From Verrucomicrobiales bacterium (GTDB lineage Bacteria; Verrucomicrobiota; Verrucomicrobiia; Limisphaerales; UBA1100), in the NCBI GenBank assembly GCA_005809105.1, contig SYLI01000053.1:13542-77541 (forward strand): a stretch of DNA of 64,000 nt, read 5' to 3'. How positions within the stretch are numbered: position 1 is the first letter of the stretch; each line of letters begins with the position of its first letter. Below are positions 48,830 to 56,500 of this stretch, piece by piece. The translations under genes and the position numbers were made by a program. The notes beneath the pieces were generated by a model that saw nothing but the letters and a program-made list of their open reading frames with translations, was not told the DNA's origin and searched no databases.

Positions 48830-49495
48830 CTAGGAAGGCTGGGACTGTTTGAATTGGCGATAGGCGACCGCCCCCACCGCCAGCGTTGCGGGCAATGGCG
48901 CATCTTCGGCCACATCCACGCCGCGCACCACGCCCTCCGCAAGCCGGTAGCGCAGTTTGGACTCGGGGCAGAGGGCCTCTCCTTGGGCCGTGAAATGGAG
49001 CGCATGCCCGTGCCGGCTCATCCAGCCGCGCTGCCGCGCCGGAGTGCCCATCATGAGCGCGTAGTCGGGCACATCGCGCGTCACCACCGCACCCGCCGCG
49101 ATGAACGCATAGCGGCCGATGGTGATGCCGCAGACAATCGTGGCGTTGGCGCCGATGGTCGCACCGCGACGCACGAGGGTCTTCTCGTACAGCGCGCGGC
49201 GCGCCACCTGCGAGCGCGGATTGCTGACGTTGGTCAGCACGCAGGAGGGCCCCAGAAACACATCCTCCTCCAGCGTCACCCCATCGTAGATGGCGACATT
49301 GTTCTGCACCTTCACGCGGTCGCCCAGCACCGCCGTGGGGGCGACATAGACATTCTGCGCCAGACTGCAGTGCGCGCCGATGCGCGCCCCCGCGCAGACA
49401 TGCGCGAAGTGCCAGAGGCGCGTGCCCTCCCCGATGAAACAGGGCTCATCGATGACGGCCGTCGGATGAGCGGTGAATGCAGCCGGAGCGCTCAT
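48830..49495 (-). CDS. WbpD/WlbB-like hexapeptide N-acetyltransferase
   Basis: WHFAHV, VKVQNNV, TNVSNPRS, GATIGANAT, RGWMSRHG. Confidence 0.9.
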   Translation of the reverse strand: MSAPAAFTAHPTAVIDEPCFIGEGTRLWHFAHVCAGARIGAHCSLAQNVYVAPTAVLGDRVKVQNNVAIYDGVTLEEDVFLGPSCVLTNVSNPRSQVARRALYEKTLVRRGATIGANATIVCGITIGRYAFIAAGAVVTRDVPDYALMMGTPARQRGWMSRHGHALHFTAQGEALCPESKLRYRLAEGVVRGVDVAEDAPLPATLAVGAVAYRQFKQSQPS

Positions 49496-50496
49496 TCCAC
49501 CTTCACGGGCTGGCCATTGAGTTGCAATGAAGCCTGACACGCCTCCAGCACCTGCAGCACGCGCACACCCGACGCGCCATCGGTGAGCGGCGGCTGGCGG
49601 TCCTCAAGACGCGCCAGAAAATGTTCGCACTCGGCGCGCAGCGGCTCCACGCCTGCGGGCAGCGGCACAGGCGTGTGCCCGTTCTTATGTAGCACCGGCT
49701 GCCTGCCTTGGAAATCCACGCGCTGATCAAATAGTACGAGCTTGTCGGTGGCAGCCACATCGTCAAACACCGCCATGCGCTTCTCTCCCATCACCACCAG
49801 CCGCTGCTCCTTGAAGGGGTTGAGCCAGCTCACAAAAATGTGCGCGCGCATTCCTGAGCGGAACAGCAGCGTGGACACCGTGACATCGGCGAGGTTTGAG
49901 GTGATGTAGCTTCCGCCCGCGCAGGTCACCTCTTGGGGCAGCTCGCCGGCAAGTCGCAGGATCACCGCCACGTCATGTGGCGCGAAACTCCAGAGCGCAT
50001 TTTCTTCCGTGCGGATTTTCCCGAAGTTGAGCCGGTGCGAATAGATGTAATTGACGCGGCCCATCTGGCCCTCCTGCAGCAGTTCACGCAGGCGCAACAC
50101 CGCCGGATGATATTCGAGCAGGTGCCCCACCATCAGCACCCGCTGGCCTTGGGCCGCCTGCTGCACCAGCAGCCGCCCCTCCGCAGCGCACAGCGTCAGC
50201 GGCTTCTCCACCAGCACATCCTTGCCGGCGGCCAGAGCCTGCTGGACGAGGCCAAAGTGGGTTTCCGCGGGCGTGGCAATCACCACGGCGTCGATGTCCT
50301 CACGCTGGAACGCCGACCCGAAGTCCGTGCTCACTTCCACCCCCGGCGCGGCCGCCTGCGCGGCAGCACCTGCCTGCGGCGCCGGATCGCAAATGAGCCG
50401 CAGCGCGCCCAACTGGTGGAACACCCTCGCGAGGTTGCGCCCCCAGTAGCCGCAGCCCATGAGGGCCACGCGAGGTGTCGACGGGTTGCCGCTCAC
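49492..50496 (-). CDS. Gfo/Idh/MocA oxidoreductase (WbpB/WlbA position)
   Basis: GCGYWG, IATP, VEKPL, SFAPHD. GTG start overlaps the upstream stop. Confidence 0.88.
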   Translation of the reverse strand: MSGNPSTPRVALMGCGYWGRNLARVFHQLGALRLICDPAPQAGAAAQAAAPGVEVSTDFGSAFQREDIDAVVIATPAETHFGLVQQALAAGKDVLVEKPLTLCAAEGRLLVQQAAQGQRVLMVGHLLEYHPAVLRLRELLQEGQMGRVNYIYSHRLNFGKIRTEENALWSFAPHDVAVILRLAGELPQEVTCAGGSYITSNLADVTVSTLLFRSGMRAHIFVSWLNPFKEQRLVVMGEKRMAVFDDVAATDKLVLFDQRVDFQGRQPVLHKNGHTPVPLPAGVEPLRAECEHFLARLEDRQPPLTDGASGVRVLQVLEACQASLQLNGQPVKVE

Positions 50497-51800
50497 GCCT
50501 TCCACACTTTCGCCCTGCACGAACCCACGGCCGCCATCGCATTGCGCGTGTCCACGATGGCGGGCACGCATTGGCCGAGCAGCGCGCAGTCCACGCCTTG
50601 GTGGGCCGTGACGATCACGGCCAGATGGTGGCGGCGCAGGTTCGCCTCGGTCCACGCCACCGACGCCTTGCCCGCCCAGTGAGCGTGTTCGCGCGTGACG
50701 GGGACGAGCGGAATGTGCGGGTCGTGGTATTCCACCTCGGCACCCCGTTCGCGCAGCGCGTCCATGATGACGAAGCTGGGCGACTCGCGGCAGTCGTCCA
50801 CATTGGCTTTATAGGCCAGGCCAACCACCAGCACGCGGCTGCCGCGCAGCGCGCGCCCCGCCGCATTGAGCGCCTCGGCGGCGCGGTCCACCACGCGCAG
50901 GGGCATGGCGGTGTTGATCTCGCCGGCGAGCTCGATGAACCGGGTGTTTAAGCCGTGCGCCCGCGCCTTCCACGCCAGGTAGAAGGGGTCGATGGGGATG
51001 CAATGGCCGCCCAGCCCGGGCCCCGGATAGAAGGGCATGTAACCAAAGGGCTTGGTCTTGGCCGCCTCGACGACCTCCCAGATGTCAATGCCCATGCGCT
51101 CGTAGATCACCTTGAGCTCGTTGACGAGCGCGATGTTGACCCCGCGAAAGATGTTCTCCAGCAGCTTGGCCGCCTCGGCCACGCGGCAGGAGGACACCGG
51201 CACCACGCGGCCCACGGCGCGTGAGTAGAGCGCCACGGCTTGGTCGCGACACGAGGGCGTGAGACCTCCGACGATCTTGGGGATGTCGCCGATGCGACTC
51301 TGCGGGTTGCCGGGATCTTCGCGCTCAGGCGAGAACGCCAGATGGAAGTCCACGCCTGCCTTGAGGCCCGAACCGGCCTCCAGCACCGGCAGCAGTTCCT
51401 CCTCCGTCGTGCCCGGATAGGTGGTGGACTCAAGCACCACCAACATGCCGCGCGCAAGGTGTGGCGCAATGGCGCGGCCGGTATTAAGCACGTACGACAG
51501 GTCGGGCTCGCGGTGCGCCGTGAGCGGCGTGGGCACGCAGATGAGCACGGCCTGCGTCTGGGCCACCTTGGAAAAGTCCACGCTGGCCTCCAGAAGCCCG
51601 GCGTGCCTTTGCGCGGCGATGGCCTCGGCGGGGATGTGCCGAAGGTAACTCTCCCCGCGGTTGACGCACCCCACCTTGGCCGCGTCCACGTCCAGCCCCA
51701 CCACAGCCACTCCGGCCTTGGCAAACTGAATGGCCAAGGGCAGGCCCACGTAGCCTAAGCCAACGATGGCGATTTTCGCAGAGGGCGAGGGTGGCGTCAT
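50493..51800 (-). CDS. UDP-GlcNAc 6-dehydrogenase (WbpA-like)
   Basis: GLGYVGLP, CVPTP, ESTTYPGTT, KLLENIFR, GPGLGGHCIPIDPFYL. Confidence 0.93.
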   Translation of the reverse strand: MTPPSPSAKIAIVGLGYVGLPLAIQFAKAGVAVVGLDVDAAKVGCVNRGESYLRHIPAEAIAAQRHAGLLEASVDFSKVAQTQAVLICVPTPLTAHREPDLSYVLNTGRAIAPHLARGMLVVLESTTYPGTTEEELLPVLEAGSGLKAGVDFHLAFSPEREDPGNPQSRIGDIPKIVGGLTPSCRDQAVALYSRAVGRVVPVSSCRVAEAAKLLENIFRGVNIALVNELKVIYERMGIDIWEVVEAAKTKPFGYMPFYPGPGLGGHCIPIDPFYLAWKARAHGLNTRFIELAGEINTAMPLRVVDRAAEALNAAGRALRGSRVLVVGLAYKANVDDCRESPSFVIMDALRERGAEVEYHDPHIPLVPVTREHAHWAGKASVAWTEANLRRHHLAVIVTAHQGVDCALLGQCVPAIVDTRNAMAAVGSCRAKVWKA

Positions 51801-51806
51801 GGCGTG

Positions 51807-52319
51807 TTAGGAGAAAATCCGTTCCGCCAAAGGCAGCAGCATCTTGATGCGCGATTGGATGGCGCGCAGGCGTGTGAGCCTCTCCACGATGAGCGCGTGT
51901 TCCTCCGGCGAGTAGCTCTCTTTCTCGGCCTCAATCTTGGCGAGCATTTCGTTCATGTGCGCGTCGGCATTTTGCAGCCGCGACTTAAAAAGGTTTTCAT
52001 AGGCGCGCCGCGCCAGTTCGCCCAGTTCCACCACGGCTTCGTAGCCATCCTTCCTTGCCGCGCGTACAAACACCCTTCGGGCGGCGCCCAGCGAAACCAG
52101 TTGGCGCGCACCGGTGCTCACGCTGGCCTTGCTCAAGCCCAGGCATTGGGCGATCTCATCGAGCGTCATGGGGCGCGGCGCCAGATAGAGAAGGCCGTAG
52201 ATTTCTCCCACCGACCGGGCGATTCCCAGCGACTGGGCGAACCGGCCGCAAGCCTCCACCATGTCCAACCGCGCGGCGGGCAAGCCTGGCAGGGCTTTGG
52301 ATAAGGCGGATTCTTCCAT
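51807..52319 (-). CDS. GbsR/MarR-family transcriptional regulator
   Basis: LGIARSVGEIYGLLYL...MTLDEIAQCLGLSKASVSTGARQL. Confidence 0.85.
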   Translation of the reverse strand: MEESALSKALPGLPAARLDMVEACGRFAQSLGIARSVGEIYGLLYLAPRPMTLDEIAQCLGLSKASVSTGARQLVSLGAARRVFVRAARKDGYEAVVELGELARRAYENLFKSRLQNADAHMNEMLAKIEAEKESYSPEEHALIVERLTRLRAIQSRIKMLLPLAERIFS

Positions 52320-52489
52320 CGCACTACGCACGGATACGACGATCACCGGGAACTGGGAACGGCAGCCACGCCACAAGACAAAACCCACGAGAAGAGTCGG
52401 GAGGCCGAATGGCCTTGAGACACTCCGTGCCCGTCACTTCGCACCCATGGCGCACTTCACAGAACCAAAATCCAATCAAATGATCGGAA

Positions 52490-52509
52490 CGTTCAGTTCA
52501 AACTGAACG
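52490..52509. promoter_or_regulatory. Palindromic operator upstream of the GbsR/MarR gene
   Basis: Perfect 9-bp inverted repeat CGTTCAGTT-CA-AACTGAACG. Confidence 0.7.
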
Positions 52510-52510
52510 A

Positions 52511-52538
52511 ACTGTACCAGACTTTCATGGAATTGCAA
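52511..52538 (-). promoter_or_regulatory. Putative sigma70 promoter of the glycan operon
   Basis: Minus strand TTGCAA-N16-TACAGT with an extended TG, directly abutting the operator. Confidence 0.5.
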
Positions 52539-52540
52539 TC

Positions 52541-52559
52541 AAAACCCCTTGCAGGGGGT
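52541..52559 (-). terminator. Possible weak intrinsic terminator after the NusG paralogue
   Basis: Minus strand ACCCC-CTGCAA-GGGGT followed by a short T run, immediately after the stop codon. Confidence 0.35.
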
Positions 52560-52560
52560 G

Positions 52561-53064
52561 CTAAATCAGAATCAGGTCGGCGGCGTCCATCTTGATGGCG
52601 GCGGCTTTGGAGATGAAATCGAGCCGCAGCAAGACCGTGGTGGGGCCTTGCCGGGTCTCAACCCAGCCCTCGATTCCCTTGAGTGGGCCTCGCTTGATTC
52701 GCACCATCGCACCCTCTGAGATGATGGGAGAGAGTTGAATCTCGTAGCCCATTTCCATGGCGGCGACAATGGCGGCAAGCTGGCGAAGGAACAGAGGCTC
52801 ATCATCCACCTCGAGCAAATGGACGAGGCAATGGCTCTCCCACAAGAGCCTGCGCGCTGCCGGTGTCGCGTGGACGAAGAGATAGCCTGGGAAGAGCGGC
52901 TTGTGGAAGGTGAGCGTCTTGCCGCGGTAACGCTTCACCGACCGGTAGCACACCAACTCATGCACCAGGGCGTGTTGGGTGCAGTGTCGGGAGAGCTTCT
53001 TCTCGCACCGCGGGCGCGTGTGGGCCACCCACCAACGCAAGTTGCAGCCGTCCACGCCTGGCAT
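52561..53064 (-). CDS. NusG-paralogue antiterminator (RfaH/UpxY-like)
   Basis: WWVAHTRPRCEKK, KPLFPGYLFV, KOW motif VRIKRGPLKGIEG. Confidence 0.88.
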   Translation of the reverse strand: MPGVDGCNLRWWVAHTRPRCEKKLSRHCTQHALVHELVCYRSVKRYRGKTLTFHKPLFPGYLFVHATPAARRLLWESHCLVHLLEVDDEPLFLRQLAAIVAAMEMGYEIQLSPIISEGAMVRIKRGPLKGIEGWVETRQGPTTVLLRLDFISKAAAIKMDAADLILI

Positions 53065-53070
53065 GGATGC

Positions 53071-53400
53071 CTAAGGCGACTTGAGTTGAACCAGGCCTCC
53101 GCGGGCCTGGGATTTAAGGAATACGTCCGGGTGCTTGGTGATGAGGTTGCTGACGTTGGATGAGGCAATCCCGGTTCGCAACGCGATGTCTTTGACACGC
53201 GCACCCTTGCGGCCGACGGCCTGCCGGATCCGATCCAGATTGGAATCACGATGCCTTCCGCGAGCCCTCGTGGCCGAGGCTGCCTTGCCTGCCGCCCCGG
53301 CGGCGGCCGTCAGTTCCCGGCCAAAATCGTTGAGCCACTGTTCCAGCAGCCTCGCCAGTCCCCGGGACAACACCCGATTCGCCCGTCCAAGCCCTTGCAT
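53071..53400 (-). CDS. Small basic protein with a putative C-terminal winged HTH
   Basis: GARVKDIALRTGIASSNVSNLI; ends 6 bp before the NusG paralogue. Confidence 0.55.
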   Translation of the reverse strand: MQGLGRANRVLSRGLARLLEQWLNDFGRELTAAAGAAGKAASATRARGRHRDSNLDRIRQAVGRKGARVKDIALRTGIASSNVSNLITKHPDVFLKSQARGGLVQLKSP

Positions 53401-53545
53401 CGTCAATACGCCCTCTTAAGATATTACTATCGACTCTGGATACTAGCGCGCTTTCCCATGCCGGCGCAATGACCAACTGGGCTTTCGTGAATTTCTTTTG
53501 CTTTTAAGCGCCACGCCACTCGCGCAGTCTTGAGAGCGCGTCGTC

Positions 53546-56500
53546 ATGCCTGCCGCCCACGCCAGCCGCGAAGACCTCGGAAAGGATGCCCCCCGGGCGA
53601 ATTTCCCCGAGCCGTCGCTCTGGGGTGTATGGGCACTGGTGCTCATCGCGTGGTGCTTTGGCGTCTTCACGAGGCTCTACTGGATTGAGGAATCCAAGCT
53701 GCCCGAAAAACAGGCCGACTACCATTGGCAGGGCGAGTTGCTGCCCAACACGCACGACAGCTACTTCTTCGGGGCCATCATCCAGAAGGCGCACCTGGGC
53801 GTGCATCAGCAGAACAAAGAGATTCCCGACGCCTACAAGTACGGCCCCATCACGCTCTTTTCAGCCAAGGTCTTGGATGTGTACAACGCGCCGGTCTATC
53901 GAAGGCTGAGACTCTCGCAGGCGCAATTGGACACGGCCGCCCAGGCGCTGGAAGCCCAGAGCCAAGCTTCGCACGACACGAGCAATGCGACGATGGCTGC
54001 GATGCAAGCTCTGCGCGACGCCCGGAAGGCGTTGGCGGGCCCCTTCCTTGTTCCCAAAATGCTGCGTGACACGGCGCGAGCCTCCGCCGAGACCGCGCGC
54101 CAGGTGGCCCAGCGGATTTCCGATGGCAACGGCACCGCCTCGTCACCTCACTTGGCGGCGGCCACCGCAGCCTTGGTGCGCGCGGAAGATTCCGCCGTCG
54201 CCGCCAGCCGACGCTCGATGCTTTCGGTCGAACAGATCATGGTGTATTCGCCCGCCCTTGTGGGCAGCCTGCTGGTGGTGCCGCTGGTATTGATCGGCCG
54301 GCTCTACCAACTCACCCTCTGGGGTTTCCTTGCCGCGCTCATGGCCGTGAGCGCCAACAGCTATTACAACCGTACGATGGCGGGCTATTTCGACACCGAC
54401 ATGTTTTCGGTGCCGATACCCGCGGCCATCCTGTACTGGCTCTTGCGCGCCGTCCGCTTGGGCAGTCTGGGCTCGGCGATAACGGGTGCGCTTTTGATCA
54501 TGGCCTACCCGTTTTTTTACCGCTCCAGCATGCCCATCGCTGCCGCGATGGGGCTGGCCTTTATCGGCCACCAGGCCGTGTTCCGATTCCGCGACACCAC
54601 CGCATGGCAGACCATTGCACCCGTGGCGATGGCCGTGTTGTTTGTCGATGCGGCGTTTCCCTTCATGGACGCCACGGGCTCGCGCACGGGCCCGGCGCTG
54701 ATTTGGCTGGCGAAGATATTGGCGCTCGTGGGCTCAGCACTGCTGATGCGCCGGCTGACCGCGCCGCCCATCCCCGAAGCCGGGGCAACGGCCGCCCCCT
54801 CATCCCTTCCAAGACTGCGTTGGGCCGCGGCGCTCGCGCTGGTGCTGGTGGTGCTCTTCTCCTCCCCGTTCAGTCTCGTCACCCAAAAGATTCTCCAGTA
54901 CCTGCCCTCCTCCGAGCGCACCTCCGTGGTTGAAACGGCGCAGAACCTCCAATTCAAGAATGTCATCAGCACCATTCAGGAGGCGCGCGAAATCCCCGGG
55001 CGCGAAGTGGGCCTGCGCATCGCCGGCACCGTGGTGGGCTGCATCATTGCACTCTTTGGATACGCGCTCTTGGCGGGGCGTCATCCGGAGTTTCTGCTGG
55101 CCGCCCCCTTGGTGGGCATTGGTGTGTTTACACTCTGGGGCGGACTGCGCTTTACCATTCACGCCGTCGCCATTGCCGGGCTGTCGTTCGCCTACCCGTT
55201 CTTCTGGCGCAGCGACTCGCCTCTGGCGCGTGCGGCGATGCGCACGGCCCTCTTTGCCGCACTGGGGGCCATCGCATGGAGCTGGCTGGTCAATTTCACG
55301 GGCGCACCCGTGCCATGGTTTTTCCTGCCACTGGCCGCACTCGCCGGGTGGGGGATTGCTCATGCCGCCGATGAAGAAGAGGTGAAATGGCACAGCGCTC
55401 TGGCCGGCGTGGCCGCCATCGGCATGGTGCTGCTCGGATGCCTCATCCGATCTGAATACGAAACCCGCTACTCGGGCATCTGGAGCGACCGCTATGGCGC
55501 CCTGGCCCGGCCCCTTTACAGTGTTGCCGTGTTGTCCGCGGCCCTGGCCGCCATCACCGCCACCCTCACGCGCGGCACAGCCGCCGCATCGACACTGGTG
55601 GCGTTGCGCGTTGCGCTGGGTGTGATGGCGCTGACGTGGTTCGTTGGGGCCGCAATCACCTTCCGGTCACTCGCAGGCGAACTCTTCACCGGCGTGGGTT
55701 GGGAAGATCTGCCCACGTGGCTCGTGGGATTGCAATGGGCCCAAGTCATCCTCGCGGGCGCCGTGGCAGGGTGGGCGGTTCATTTCACGAGTTTGGTACA
55801 TTCGAGGGCACAACGCTTGCAATGGGGTGCCATCGCAGGCGCCGTGGCTGCACTGGGTTGCGGTCTGGGGTTGTCGGGGTTCAACGTGTCAGTGTACTGG
55901 GCGAATTCGCAGTGGCTGCCCGTTTGCGCAGCCATACTCCTCTCGGCCGCGCTGTGCGCACGTCTTGGGGGTATGCATTTGCTGCCGTCAAGGATTGGCC
56001 AACTGCGTCCCGCTGCACCCGCGATGGCGGCCTGCGCCGCGGCCTTGGCAGCGGGTGTGGCGTGGGCGCTTCTGGCACAGGCGCTCAATGAACCGCTGCC
56101 GCATGACGCGCTGAGCTTCCGCCCCTTGCCCGAGCCGCTTAGTTTTGGCCCCTGGGCCATCGGGTTGGTTGCTGGCATTGCCGCCACCTATACCGCCAAA
56201 GAGGCGGCTGCGGGCCCGCGGGGATGGATTGCCGCGGTGTCGGCTCTCTTGGGGCTCATTGCCGGAGTGTTGGTGATGGGCCGGTATTTGGATGCCTCGG
56301 CGGGAGAGATCTTCTCCCTTGGCGACGCGGCCCCAGCGCCACGCCATGCACCGTGGCCGCTGGCCCTCATGGCCATCATGGCCGCGACCACCGCAGGCGT
56401 GCTGCCCGGCCTGCTGCGCGGAGCGGCCCATTCCATCGTCACGGCGTGCGCGGTGGCCTGCGCCAGCGTCCTGTGCTTCCTCACCCCCAACCTGCTTCAT

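Noticed and set aside
52320-52560. Canonical ops/JUMPstart element
   Set aside because: No GGCGGTAG match was found in this leader on either strand.
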